Assembly (NCBI GenBank): GCA_007692585.1
Contig: REBU01000105.1
Span: 197-64,196, forward strand
Length of the DNA stretch: 64,000 nucleotides
Direction: 5' to 3'
Source: Paracoccaceae bacterium
GTDB taxonomy: Bacteria; Pseudomonadota; Alphaproteobacteria; Rhodobacterales; Rhodobacteraceae
Part shown: positions 9,092 through 19,271 of the stretch, one piece after another
Numbering within the stretch: position 1 is the first letter of the stretch
Layout: each line of letters starts with the position of its first letter
Translations under genes and position numbers: made by a program
The notes under the pieces: model-generated
Told to the model about the DNA's origin: nothing
Seen by the model: the letters and a program-made list of their open reading frames with translations, nothing else
Databases searched by the model: none

Positions 9092-11821
9092 TCATCGCGG
9101 TCGGGCCGCCGCACGCACTGTGTTCAGAAGCGTCTCGGCGAGGCGCTCGGAAATATCGAGCCTGCCTGCGAGATCTGCGACTGACAGGTTCGCGACATCG
9201 GCCGGATTGGTCAGCCCGGTGGCACGCAACCGGGCACGGTTGGCGCTCGACAGATCCGAGAGCGCATCCGTCGACACAATGGCGAAATCTTCGGGCCGGA
9301 ACACCTGACGCCTGATCGCGGGCACCTGCATGCGCGCGACCTCGCTGCCGCTTCGCGCTTCCAGCTCCAGCACCGTGCTCGGCACATCCGCAAACAGGAA
9401 GCCTCCGTCGCTGTTGGTCTGGGTCTGGCCGATCCGGTTCCCTGCGACCCCGCGCAGCGCGACCTCGACATCGAAGACAGGGGCCCCGCTATCGGCCAGA
9501 ACCACCCGACCGATGAGCCCGCCCGAAGGCTGCCGGACCACATCGACAAACCGCAGCCGTCGGCCCTGGTCCGGCGCGATGATCCAGAACCAGCTGACCA
9601 GCGTGCCACCGCGCCGCGTGTCCCCGGTGGGCATGATCTGCCGTCCGGGCCGTTCCAGCGCATCGGCATCCAGCCAGCGCACGGACCCGTCTTCCGCCGC
9701 CGAGCGGGCGCGGATATTGTCCCCGCGCACTGTCAGCTCGAACAGCGCGGGCTGCTCGAAATTCCGGAAATAGTCGATCAGAGGGCCTGGCAGGTTCGGG
9801 TTCGGCTGCCATATGATGACATTCCCCGCCACTGACAGCCGTGCGGACAACCTGATTTCAAAGGTGAAAAGGTCACCTCCATCGGGGCGCATGGCGGTGA
9901 TGAAGGCCACGGGACGCTCGCCCGCATCCCCGACCGAGGCCGGATCGACCTCGTCATCGCAGATGATTTCCAGCCCCTCCATGATCATGTCGAGGCTGAG
10001 ACGTCCATCATGCTCAAAGGGCTGGCCCGAGCGCCAGATCATGCGCTCGATCCGAAAGCCCGGTTCTTCGCCACCGCCACGCGCGCAGAGCAGCTCGAGG
10101 GCTTCCTGCACATTGCGCGCCTGCGCAAGCGGAGGGCAGTTCGCAGGGTCAAAGGCCGTGGTGGCGGCCATGGCATGCGACGCCGAGTAGACCAACGGAA
10201 CATGACGGGCTGTCCCGCCATGATCCAGAAGCCGCGCTTCGACCCGCTGTGCGGACCCCGGTGCCCCCAGCCGCCAGACTGTGCTGGCCACGCCCTCGGC
10301 ATCCGTGACCGCGTCGACCGGCGCGCTGGCACCGTTCAAGCGCCCGCCGCCCGACACGAGCGAAAAGCGCACTGTGGCGCCTGCCACGGGTCGGCCGCCA
10401 AGGCTGACAGCCGCGCGCAGCGGCTCAGGCAGCGGCGCACCTGCCGCGGGGGTGGTCAGGTCCGGCATCGCCTCCTGACCATCGCCCCCGGCGTAATCGA
10501 TCTGCATCAGCCCGGTCAGCGGCGGAAACAGCGTGCGGCAATCCTCGGTTGCGGTGATCGCGGTGCCGTCAAACTGCATCAGCCCCAGCCGCGCATAGGC
10601 ATGGACGATCCCATGCGGGCTTTGCGGGACAGGCGTGCCCGCGCTGTTGACGGGCCATTCGACCGCGCCGGTATTGGTGCGCGCCGGGATCATCCAGTAA
10701 TCGCCCGTGCGGTAAGTGCCCGCCTGAAAGCGGACCTGCACGCCTTGCTCCAGATCGACCCAGGCATTGGCTGGAGCCGCGAACAGGCCGGTCCCCTCCC
10801 AGCGGCGGATCCGGGGCTGGCTGGGGAAAGCCGCGAAGGCTGTGGGACCGTCCGCAGTGGCCGGGTCGAAGACCAGCACATCCGCCCGCACCTCCAGCAG
10901 ACGCACCATCGTGCCCGGCGCGCCGCGCAGCTCGCGCGAGGCGTCGATCAATTCGACCCAGTCGCCATTGGAAAAGCCATGTGGCCGATCTGGCCCGGCC
11001 GATGAAATCGTCGCCTCGTCCCCATTCTGGCCCAGCCAGGCACTGACCACGGCACCATTCTCGCGCGACCATTTGAACCGGGCAGCGGCCCGTGTGCCGG
11101 GGGTGTGAACCTCGACGCGGTAGAGCTGGTTTTCCAGGCTGCGATAGCCTGCCGTCTCGGGCACGACACAGGGACCGGAAGGGGCTGCGCCCGGCTCGGC
11201 ACGGGCCGAAAGCTGGCCGTCAGGGGACCGCGTGGCGGCGGCATAGGCGTCGAACTCGTCCATGCAGGTGACGGTCGCGCCGGGGGCTGCCACCCGCACT
11301 GCACGCACCTGCCAGATCCGTCTTGTGCGCGTGGCCGTATCCGGGCCGCCCAGCGCCACTTCGCGGATCGAGGGATCTTCCAATGCCGTGATGCTGCGGT
11401 CCCAGACATCGAGATAGGCCAGATATACCCCCGGCGTCGTGAGCGCGGGCGGATCGGGGAAATCTTCCTGCCCGAGATATGAGGTGATCGCGGGGTTCTG
11501 CGCCAGGAGCCCAGATGCGTAATACGTCCCGCCTGTGATCAGGAAATCCCCTGCTGCCAGCGTCGGCACCGGCTGATTGGCAGGGCGCGCAGCCTCCCGC
11601 GGGTCCAGATCAGCCACGGCCCCGGCAATTCCGAAACCGGCGCTGTCCAGCGGGCCGCCTGCAGGTCCGATCATGTCGGTCAGGGTCAGTTTGTCGTGAT
11701 GGGCAAGAATGTCGATCTGTTCGTTCCAGTCGGCATCAAGCTGCATCCGGCCCTGCTGCAATCGCACGGAGCTGAACCTTTTGGCGGCGTCAAAGGTAGA
11801 GCGGGACAGGTCGGTTTTCAT
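9092..11821 (-). CDS. DUF6519-like large protein; last gene of the cluster and a putative fibre or receptor-binding component
   Basis: Start at MKTDLSRSTFDAAKRFSSVRLQQGRMQLDADWNEQ, the DUF6519 N-terminal signature, with a GGGGA RBS upstream. Near the C-terminus, TNSDGGFLFADVP is a carboxypeptidase-regulatory-like beta-sandwich motif. The last ~60 aa are helical and look like a helix-hairpin-helix. Confidence 0.6.
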   Translation of the reverse strand: MKTDLSRSTFDAAKRFSSVRLQQGRMQLDADWNEQIDILAHHDKLTLTDMIGPAGGPLDSAGFGIAGAVADLDPREAARPANQPVPTLAAGDFLITGGTYYASGLLAQNPAITSYLGQEDFPDPPALTTPGVYLAYLDVWDRSITALEDPSIREVALGGPDTATRTRRIWQVRAVRVAAPGATVTCMDEFDAYAAATRSPDGQLSARAEPGAAPSGPCVVPETAGYRSLENQLYRVEVHTPGTRAAARFKWSRENGAVVSAWLGQNGDEATISSAGPDRPHGFSNGDWVELIDASRELRGAPGTMVRLLEVRADVLVFDPATADGPTAFAAFPSQPRIRRWEGTGLFAAPANAWVDLEQGVQVRFQAGTYRTGDYWMIPARTNTGAVEWPVNSAGTPVPQSPHGIVHAYARLGLMQFDGTAITATEDCRTLFPPLTGLMQIDYAGGDGQEAMPDLTTPAAGAPLPEPLRAAVSLGGRPVAGATVRFSLVSGGGRLNGASAPVDAVTDAEGVASTVWRLGAPGSAQRVEARLLDHGGTARHVPLVYSASHAMAATTAFDPANCPPLAQARNVQEALELLCARGGGEEPGFRIERMIWRSGQPFEHDGRLSLDMIMEGLEIICDDEVDPASVGDAGERPVAFITAMRPDGGDLFTFEIRLSARLSVAGNVIIWQPNPNLPGPLIDYFRNFEQPALFELTVRGDNIRARSAAEDGSVRWLDADALERPGRQIMPTGDTRRGGTLVSWFWIIAPDQGRRLRFVDVVRQPSGGLIGRVVLADSGAPVFDVEVALRGVAGNRIGQTQTNSDGGFLFADVPSTVLELEARSGSEVARMQVPAIRRQVFRPEDFAIVSTDALSDLSSANRARLRATGLTNPADVANLSVADLAGRLDISERLAETLLNTVRAAARPR

Positions 11822-11869
11822 GGCAATCCCCAATTCGGTTCGAAGCGGCGCAGGCATGCGCCCGCAGGA

Positions 11870-14071
11870 TCAGGTTTCAAAGACAAGTCCGTATTCCTGC
11901 CCATAAGGCAGATATTCAGGCACCAGATTACGCAGGTTCGACAGCCGCGCGGGCTGCGCAAGGAAGCGGAACGCGCCCATTTCGGACCCGTCTTCGCCCC
12001 CCCCCGCGATCTCGACTTCAGTGCTGCGCGCCAGTTGCGCAAAGCCCGGCTCGCCCCAGACCGCCGAGGTGAAGGCCGGGCGCAACCGGGCGATGATGGC
12101 TGCGTGGCCGGCAACAGGGACCCCGCTCAGCGCAAGCTGCGGCTGGCATCGAAACGGGCGCGGCGTGACCGAGCCGGGCGCGATCCAGCTATAGCGCACG
12201 CAACCGGTCTGCAGTCTCCGGGCGCGGGTGATCCCTGTCAGAAGTGCACCGCTGGCATCGAGCGTCAGGCAGGTGAGCGCGCCCAGAACCGTGCTGTCGC
12301 AAATCTCGACCGGAGTTTGTGCCGCATTGATCCTGCCCGCCACGCTGTCACACAAACGCAGCGCCGCAATCGGCGCGGCCACTGCGATATCGCCGACAAT
12401 ACTGCGACGCAGCGACAGCACCAGGCCGGCATTGCCTGCACCGACCTGCAGCACGCCTGCACCCGGCATCACGGTGCAATGGGTCAGATCAAGCTGCCCC
12501 AGCGCCCCTTGCGCGATTGTCACCCCGCCTTGCACCACCACCCCGTCCAGCAGCAATGTTCCCGGCGTGTCGCTTGTGGCAGGCGCGGTTCCGCGCAGCT
12601 CCAGATCGCCCACGATCACCGGGCGCAGCCGATCCGCGTCGATCTGGCCAGGGCGCCGGATCAGCACCCCCTCGGGCGCGTCCGGATCTTGCATGGCAGG
12701 CCAGTCCGCCGCAGTCAGGATCAGGCGCGAGCCCTCCGGCACCGTGATGGCATCGGCGCCAGTCAGCGCACCTACATGCCGCGCGCTATCCATGATCGCA
12801 ATCATGCCGACGGTGCCCGCAGGCTGGCCCCGCCACGCCGCAAGCGCCTGCGCCAGCGTCGGATAGATATTCTCTGACGCCGAGGCAGGCCGCGCCGAAA
12901 CGCCTGCGGCCCAGGTCACAGGGCGCAGCGCCAACTGCGCCTCCATCGCGGCGCGTCTGCTATAGCTCAGCGCGCCGATATCGCCTGCGAACCCTTCAGA
13001 ATAGGTCAGCCGCACCACCGCGCCCGCCACCGACGGGGCCAGCACCACACGGCCCAGCTCCGGATCGACCGCGACCGAGAGAGGCATCTGCACGCGCGCA
13101 GTGCTGCCATCGGGCTGAACCACGTCATAGCCGCGCGTATCCGCAGGCGCGGTCCAGTCCGACAGGTCGCAGACCGCGATCCGGTCTGGTGAAAGGTCTG
13201 CCCCGTCGAGCTCGACGCGGAAGGCAGGTTCCATCCGCGCCCCCGCGCGCTCGTCAAACCACAGCCGGACCGGTGCGCGGCCTGCCGCCAGCGCCTGCCG
13301 CCGGGCTTCCAGCTCGTCATGCAACGCCCGTCGGCGCAGCGGCGCGGGCACCGAACGTGGGCCGGTCCGGTCCTCTGTGCCCGCATCCGTGGCGGCGGGA
13401 TTGAACAGCGCCGCGTCGATACCAGCGGGACTGACCCGGTAGCGGCCCGCCACCGGCTCTGGGGTCAGATCGGCGGCCGTGATGCGGTAAGCCTGCAGCC
13501 GCCACAGAAATACCGCGATGTTGGGGATATTGAACCGGCCCCGCCCCAGCGCGACCGAACGGACATCAACCATGTGCATCGCTTGGCCAAAAGGCCCCTG
13601 TGGCGGATCGAAAGCCGCGCTGTCGCGCAGGTCAGGTGTCCGGACGGCATCGGGGCGCAAATGGTTCATGTGCTGGGTGCCCGCCAGCTGCAGGAACATC
13701 TCGCGCGCGAGCGCCCGCCAGCCTGTCGCATCCTGCGCCAATTGTTCGATCACGCGCGCAGTGCCCTTGCCACGGCGGAACGCGAGGGTGTTGGCCACCA
13801 AGCTGCGGCGCGAAAAGCCTGCGGAGCCGATCTCCTGCAACCCGCGCACGCCCAGCAGATCGCCGATATAGGGCACCACCCATTCGTCGCAGGTCTCGAT
13901 GAACCAGTCGTCCAGAAGGCCCAGAATGTCGTCCTCGACGCGCCCCCCCTGATCAGCCAGCACGCCAAGCAACGCGCGCAGGGGCGCGCCGCGCTCGGCG
14001 TCGCGCTGGCGGTGGATATTGGGCAACAGCTCCAGCAAGGCGGCGCGGCGTAGCGCGTCAGATGTGCTCAT
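11870..14071 (-). CDS. baseplate wedge / phage tail protein (P2 gpI-like, TIGR02242-type; Afp12-like)
   Basis: Start at MSTSDALRRAALLELLPNIHRQRD...LLDDWFIETCDEWVVPYIGDLLG, the tail-protein domain signature. The long C-terminal part has beta-helix-like repeats. Its ATG overlaps the upstream stop. Confidence 0.7.
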   Translation of the reverse strand: MSTSDALRRAALLELLPNIHRQRDAERGAPLRALLGVLADQGGRVEDDILGLLDDWFIETCDEWVVPYIGDLLGVRGLQEIGSAGFSRRSLVANTLAFRRGKGTARVIEQLAQDATGWRALAREMFLQLAGTQHMNHLRPDAVRTPDLRDSAAFDPPQGPFGQAMHMVDVRSVALGRGRFNIPNIAVFLWRLQAYRITAADLTPEPVAGRYRVSPAGIDAALFNPAATDAGTEDRTGPRSVPAPLRRRALHDELEARRQALAAGRAPVRLWFDERAGARMEPAFRVELDGADLSPDRIAVCDLSDWTAPADTRGYDVVQPDGSTARVQMPLSVAVDPELGRVVLAPSVAGAVVRLTYSEGFAGDIGALSYSRRAAMEAQLALRPVTWAAGVSARPASASENIYPTLAQALAAWRGQPAGTVGMIAIMDSARHVGALTGADAITVPEGSRLILTAADWPAMQDPDAPEGVLIRRPGQIDADRLRPVIVGDLELRGTAPATSDTPGTLLLDGVVVQGGVTIAQGALGQLDLTHCTVMPGAGVLQVGAGNAGLVLSLRRSIVGDIAVAAPIAALRLCDSVAGRINAAQTPVEICDSTVLGALTCLTLDASGALLTGITRARRLQTGCVRYSWIAPGSVTPRPFRCQPQLALSGVPVAGHAAIIARLRPAFTSAVWGEPGFAQLARSTEVEIAGGGEDGSEMGAFRFLAQPARLSNLRNLVPEYLPYGQEYGLVFET

Positions 14072-16845
14072 GGCTGTATCTCCTCGATCACAAGCCGCGC
14101 AGGGTCGAGCAGCATCCATTCGGCAGGCAGGATGCCACCGGCGCTTGCAGACCACCGGGCGCGCTCAGCCAGCAGCCGTGGGCGCGCGGCGGGCGGCTCT
14201 CCGTCCAGCGCGGCCAGCACGACCGCCATGACACCGGCGCATCCCTGCGCATGCGCGATCACGCCAGAGGCCTCGATCCCCTGCCCCAATCCCTGACCCT
14301 GCGGCCCGTAGCGGGCCAGCATCCGCGCGCGCAATGCCCCCAACACTTGCGCCGGGATGCGCCCCGGATCGACAGCAACCTGCAACCGCAAGCCGAAACG
14401 GCGCTCGGTATGGGGGCTGATCAGCACCCGGCGTTCGGGGTGGCGTGCGCCGTCAATCGCGGCGGCCAGGTTGGAAATCACAATGCCCTCTGGCGCCAGC
14501 CGAGAGCCATCCGCCCCGACCACAGTCAGGTGGACCACCTGTCGCTCGCCGCTCCACAAAAGGGTCGCTTGGGCCTTGCCGACCCCTGCAAAGGCGCGGG
14601 CAAAATCCTCGAAATCGCGCACCGACACGACGCGGTCCAGGGTCAGCACTGTCAGCGGTGCATTGGCACGCGCGGCCTCCAGCGGTTCGGGGTCTTGTGC
14701 GCCTGTGGCAGGCAAGGGGTTGGTCACGGCCTGCAAGCCCAGCGGCTGGCTCATCGCCAGAGCCAGCTGCCCGGCCCGGACCTGTCCGGCAAGCCCGATC
14801 CCGATGCGATAGCTCGCAGTGACATTGCCCTGCCCGGTCGGCAGCCGCGCGCCGAAGCGGCCATCTCCGAACTGCACCTGCACCTTGTTGTCCACCCCAA
14901 CCTGCGTCATGTAGACCCGCGCATCGCCGGGCTGGCCGTAAAGTGTCGCGACCTCGCGCCAGAGCAGCCCGTCAACCCGGACCCGCAACGTGCTCTGCCC
15001 GCCTGTGGCCGTGGCGGCGGGCACATGGGTCAGCGGCTTCTGGCTCAGCGCAAAGCTCTGCATCGCGCGGCTGGCATCGCCCGAGCCCAGCGTTTCGGAA
15101 AATGTGTCGCCGGTCAGCGCCGAGGTCAGCTCGACGCGCGTGTCGCCATGTGTGGCCAGTGCCACATTGCCATTCAGCGCCACCGACGCGCGCCAATAGA
15201 CCCTCGCAAGCGGATCCTCGAACACAAGGACCGCATGACCCGAACTTCGGTCGATCCGGCGGATGACCACGCGCTCGCGGGTATAAAGCGCGTCATCAGG
15301 CGGGACGAAAGCGGCTTCGGGCGGCTCCGGGGGCAACGGTATCAGATCGCCGGGGCCAGTTGCGGCAACAGTGCCCGGAACGCCATCCGCGCGCCTGACG
15401 GGCCAGAGGCGCGCACCTGCAGTGCCCTCGTCTGTCGCTGGCCCCTCAAGCTTCAGGATTTCGCCCTCGCTCAGCCGAACAGGCACCCCGCCGCCCTGCG
15501 GCACGAACATCAACGGCGTTCCGGGCTCGGTCACGGTCGTGGTGCCGCGCCGGTATCTGCGCCCGCGTGGTGCCACTTGCAGATGCGTCTGCACCCGTCC
15601 CCGCAGGATCAGGGTCTGGCCTGCAAACAGATCGGGATGCAGACCGTCAAGCGCCAGCATCTGTCCCTGCACCGGCTCCGTGAGCGGGGCCTGCGCAAGG
15701 GCAAGCGCACGCGACTGCGCGTAGACGACCGTGGTGCGCAGGCCGAACTGCACCAGGGTCTCGTCCGTATCAAAGCGCAGCCGCATGACCTTGGCGGTCA
15801 GCGAGAAATCGGCGCGGCTGCGGGTCAGAGCCTCTTCGACACGGTACAATTCACGCGTCGGCCCCTGTTCGAGAATGACCCAGGAGCCGGGCAGCACATC
15901 TTCTGCAACCTGATCGAGATCCACCTCGCGCCGCGCGGTCGTGGTGATTGAGAAATTCGCCCATTGACGCCCGCCCGGTGTGCCGAAAACGCGCTGGATC
16001 GGTTCGGGCATGGCGCGGAAATCGGGCGCATTATGACCAAACAGATTGGCCCGCATCCCGAAAGCGTAGACCTGCGGCATGGCAGCCGGATCGACCCGTC
16101 CAACACTATGGCCCAGATCATCGGTCCATGTGACCCGGGTCAGGCCGCTGGCCGCATCCGCCTGCACGCTCTGAAGCACGCGGGCATCCCAGCGCTCGGA
16201 GCCGGGGTTCGCGCGCCGTTCCGCACCCAGCAGCACGATCAGATCACCCGGGGCAAGGCCGGTCGCCGTGCCCTCCAGCCAGAGTGCGGTCGTCGCACGC
16301 CCGATGACCTGCGGCACGGCCATGCGCGGGCGCAGCGCATTCCATTCGGGCCGGGCATGGATCGTCTCGACCGTCTCGAACATCTGAGGGCTCTCATCCG
16401 GGCCGGGGATCGACTGCACTTTCAGCCCCGCGGCCATGGGATAGACCTCGCCCCCGCCGGGGCTCGCCTGAATGGTAAACGCCAGCCATGTCGAGGCCGC
16501 CACACCGGGGTTCAGCTCATACCCGATCTGCCGGGCCAGTTCGAGGATCGAGCGGCGCTCGGTCGCAGTGCGCAACCACCCCTCGTTGGCGATACGCTCC
16601 TGATAGAAGCTCAGAATGTCCAGCACGCCGGCCCAGGCGTCCATCAGGGCAATAGCGGGGTCAGACACGCTCCGTGTCCGCAAATTCTTCAACGCAGGAT
16701 CAGCCGAAACCGCCGCAATCATCTGTGCCATGAATTGCGGCTGGGTTCCGATGCGATAGGCCACTTCGGTCTGGCCAGGCCGGTTGCGCGGGCGCACAGC
16801 CTTGGTGCCATGGGCGCAACCCGGATCATCGCGGTGCAGGCTCAT
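14068..16845 (-). CDS. putative baseplate assembly protein (gp6/Baseplate_J-like, TIGR02243-type; Afp11-like)
   Basis: 925 aa. AIALMDAWAGVLDILSFYQERIANEGWLRTATERRSILELARQIGYEL is the typical N-terminal module of this family. Confidence 0.7.
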   Translation of the reverse strand: MSLHRDDPGCAHGTKAVRPRNRPGQTEVAYRIGTQPQFMAQMIAAVSADPALKNLRTRSVSDPAIALMDAWAGVLDILSFYQERIANEGWLRTATERRSILELARQIGYELNPGVAASTWLAFTIQASPGGGEVYPMAAGLKVQSIPGPDESPQMFETVETIHARPEWNALRPRMAVPQVIGRATTALWLEGTATGLAPGDLIVLLGAERRANPGSERWDARVLQSVQADAASGLTRVTWTDDLGHSVGRVDPAAMPQVYAFGMRANLFGHNAPDFRAMPEPIQRVFGTPGGRQWANFSITTTARREVDLDQVAEDVLPGSWVILEQGPTRELYRVEEALTRSRADFSLTAKVMRLRFDTDETLVQFGLRTTVVYAQSRALALAQAPLTEPVQGQMLALDGLHPDLFAGQTLILRGRVQTHLQVAPRGRRYRRGTTTVTEPGTPLMFVPQGGGVPVRLSEGEILKLEGPATDEGTAGARLWPVRRADGVPGTVAATGPGDLIPLPPEPPEAAFVPPDDALYTRERVVIRRIDRSSGHAVLVFEDPLARVYWRASVALNGNVALATHGDTRVELTSALTGDTFSETLGSGDASRAMQSFALSQKPLTHVPAATATGGQSTLRVRVDGLLWREVATLYGQPGDARVYMTQVGVDNKVQVQFGDGRFGARLPTGQGNVTASYRIGIGLAGQVRAGQLALAMSQPLGLQAVTNPLPATGAQDPEPLEAARANAPLTVLTLDRVVSVRDFEDFARAFAGVGKAQATLLWSGERQVVHLTVVGADGSRLAPEGIVISNLAAAIDGARHPERRVLISPHTERRFGLRLQVAVDPGRIPAQVLGALRARMLARYGPQGQGLGQGIEASGVIAHAQGCAGVMAVVLAALDGEPPAARPRLLAERARWSASAGGILPAEWMLLDPARLVIEEIQP

Positions 16846-19271
16846 GCGCTCTCCCTCACATCAAACTCGATCGCGCCATTTTCAGGCCGGTTGGGATCAC
16901 TGTCGCAGCGCAAGATCGCCGATTTTGCAGGACGGATCACGCCCGCCTGCAATTCTGCGGTCGGGGCAATGCCGCGCGGGTGAAAGCGCGTCGCGCGGAC
17001 CGAGGCCACCCCATCCACCGCCATCGCCGCCGCATAGAGCGCCGAGAGCCAGAGCGGATCGCCAAAACTGAACCGGTCAGGGTGGAAAAAGCCACGCAAC
17101 CCGTCCAACCGCAGGCGCGATGCGAAGATGTCGATCAGCCGGGCGCGAATGTCCGCGCTGACATAGCCCGGACGCAGACAGACCAGAAGCGCGATGTCCA
17201 GCGGTCGGAACACCGGGTCGCGCAGTTCCAGATCATACCCGGCCAGGCGGTAAAATTCGAGATGGTCCAGAAGCCTGCGCGCGAAATCGGCATCGCTGCT
17301 CACGGGCTGGCCGTCGCGGCGGTCGACAGTGACGAAAACCGTATACCAACTGCCGGTCCAGCGAAATTCGGCCCGGGCGCGCTGGACCTCGGGGAAAGCC
17401 TCGGCGGCCGCGCGCCAATCGGCCTCGGTCACCGCGCGGTTCTGGGTGCGAAAGGCTTGCGGCGCGTAACGGCGGATCTCGGCAGCGGTCTCGCGGGCCT
17501 GCCCGCCTTGCGCGGGGAGCGGGTTGCGCAGGCTGACGATGCCGGTCAGGGCTGTGACGACAGTGCCCAGACTGTCAGGGCCCAGATTGCCCGATGGGCC
17601 GCCACCAACCCTGACCCGCGCCGAAAAAGCCGCGTTCAACGGTGGGCTTTTGCCCTGCACATCATCGCCGAAACGCAGCCTGGGCAGTGCGTCTTCGGCA
17701 GGTTCCACCACGAAATCCTGCGCGAAACGGTCCGCGCCCAGCAAATCGCCCTGCGGACGCCAATGCGCCGCACCGTCGAAGAGCAGCACCTGCGGCAGCG
17801 CCTCGGCGGGCGTCTGGATCAGCAAACCTGTCGCGGGCAAACGCCGCGCTTCCGCGTCGTCATAAGGCGCAGCATAGGCAATATCTCCACGGTCCAGGCG
17901 CGGGCGAAAGGGGTGCCCGGCCTGGGCGCGCGCAGGGCTCAGACCGGGCGTGCCCGACAGGCTGACTCCGTGATCGGCCAGCACCACGTTGCCCAGCGCA
18001 TGGGCGGCCTCGATCAGCGCAGGAACGCCGCTCGTCACGGTTTGCGCGCGCAGACACAGGTCGAAGGGCAGCGCATCTGCGGCGGCCCAGCCTACGGTCA
18101 GGATCGGAGTGCCGTCCAGCGGATCGGTCCCGACCTCAACCTCGGTCAACCGCACGGCTGCGCGCTGCGCGGGGTCGCGGTCTTCCTCGCGCCCGGTCGC
18201 AAGACCGACGGTCTGCTCAAGGATCAGAACGTCGCCCCGCTGCAAGCCCATCCCCGGCGTCCGGCGCAAGGTGGCCGCAGTTGCGCCACGCGGCAGGCGG
18301 GTGACGGAACCGGACCAGTCATGCAACGCGATGACGCTGTGATCCGCCGCGAGTGTCAGATCATGCATCGTCTCGAACACGGCCCGCGCGCCGCGCAAAG
18401 CCTCTGCGGCCGCCGCGGGCGCAAGGATCACGGGCGCCCGCGCGCCCATCGCCGCCAAGACAGTGCCGCGCGGCAAGCTCGCCCCATCGGCGGCTGTCCC
18501 CGCTGCGACCTCGACTGTGACCCAAGCGCGGGCGTTGCAACCTTCATGAACGCGGTAATCCAGAAGCCGGGCGTGACGGCGCAGCGACGCGCGCAACCGT
18601 GCCGTGCCAAGATACGCCTCGGTCGCAGCCGCATCCTGCATGTAGCTCAACCGGTCCGCGGTCCAGGCCAACGCTTCCACCACTGTGATCAACGCGTCGG
18701 CAGGCGATCGCTCGGTCCAGTCGGGTATCGTCACGCTCATCCGGTCCAGCATCACGCCGCGAAAACTGGCCCAGTCCTTGGCAAGATAATCCGCAACCGC
18801 TCCGCCCCCCTGCTCCGGCGCGCCCATCAGAGGGGCCGGAGCGACACAATCGAGATCGGAGGGGCAGTTTGCCTTGAACCGGATCACAACACGCGACAGC
18901 ACCGGATCAAAACCCGCGGGCGGCGCGTCACTGCCCGGTGCGGCCACCAGTGACAGCGTGTAATCGGAAAAATCACCTGCGACATCCGTGCGCAGCGTCA
19001 GAACCCGCCCGCTCACGGCCTGAATCCGCACCCCGATCGCAGTGACCCGCACGCCGCCCGTGATCGCGATCTGCGCCGGTCCCAGCAAGGCCAGCCCTGC
19101 CGGCACCGCGCCCGGCTGGCCCGGCAGCGGGTGGACGAAAGTCACCTCCAGCGTACGCTGATCCACGCTTGTGACCTCGGCCGTCTCGATGCCGTTCACG
19201 GTTCCCGCACTGCGGAGCGCGCGGATCCGGTCGGCCCGGTTCTGCACCATCATTGCCAATGCGCGCGTCAT
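16842..19271 (-). CDS. second gp6/Baseplate_J-like baseplate wedge protein
   Basis: 809 aa. DYLAKDWASFRGVMLDRMSVTIPDWTERSPADALITVVEALAWTADRLSYMQDAAATEAYLGTARLRASLRRHARLLDY is paralogous in pattern to the downstream 925-aa protein. Confidence 0.65.
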   Translation of the reverse strand: MTRALAMMVQNRADRIRALRSAGTVNGIETAEVTSVDQRTLEVTFVHPLPGQPGAVPAGLALLGPAQIAITGGVRVTAIGVRIQAVSGRVLTLRTDVAGDFSDYTLSLVAAPGSDAPPAGFDPVLSRVVIRFKANCPSDLDCVAPAPLMGAPEQGGGAVADYLAKDWASFRGVMLDRMSVTIPDWTERSPADALITVVEALAWTADRLSYMQDAAATEAYLGTARLRASLRRHARLLDYRVHEGCNARAWVTVEVAAGTAADGASLPRGTVLAAMGARAPVILAPAAAAEALRGARAVFETMHDLTLAADHSVIALHDWSGSVTRLPRGATAATLRRTPGMGLQRGDVLILEQTVGLATGREEDRDPAQRAAVRLTEVEVGTDPLDGTPILTVGWAAADALPFDLCLRAQTVTSGVPALIEAAHALGNVVLADHGVSLSGTPGLSPARAQAGHPFRPRLDRGDIAYAAPYDDAEARRLPATGLLIQTPAEALPQVLLFDGAAHWRPQGDLLGADRFAQDFVVEPAEDALPRLRFGDDVQGKSPPLNAAFSARVRVGGGPSGNLGPDSLGTVVTALTGIVSLRNPLPAQGGQARETAAEIRRYAPQAFRTQNRAVTEADWRAAAEAFPEVQRARAEFRWTGSWYTVFVTVDRRDGQPVSSDADFARRLLDHLEFYRLAGYDLELRDPVFRPLDIALLVCLRPGYVSADIRARLIDIFASRLRLDGLRGFFHPDRFSFGDPLWLSALYAAAMAVDGVASVRATRFHPRGIAPTAELQAGVIRPAKSAILRCDSDPNRPENGAIEFDVRESA

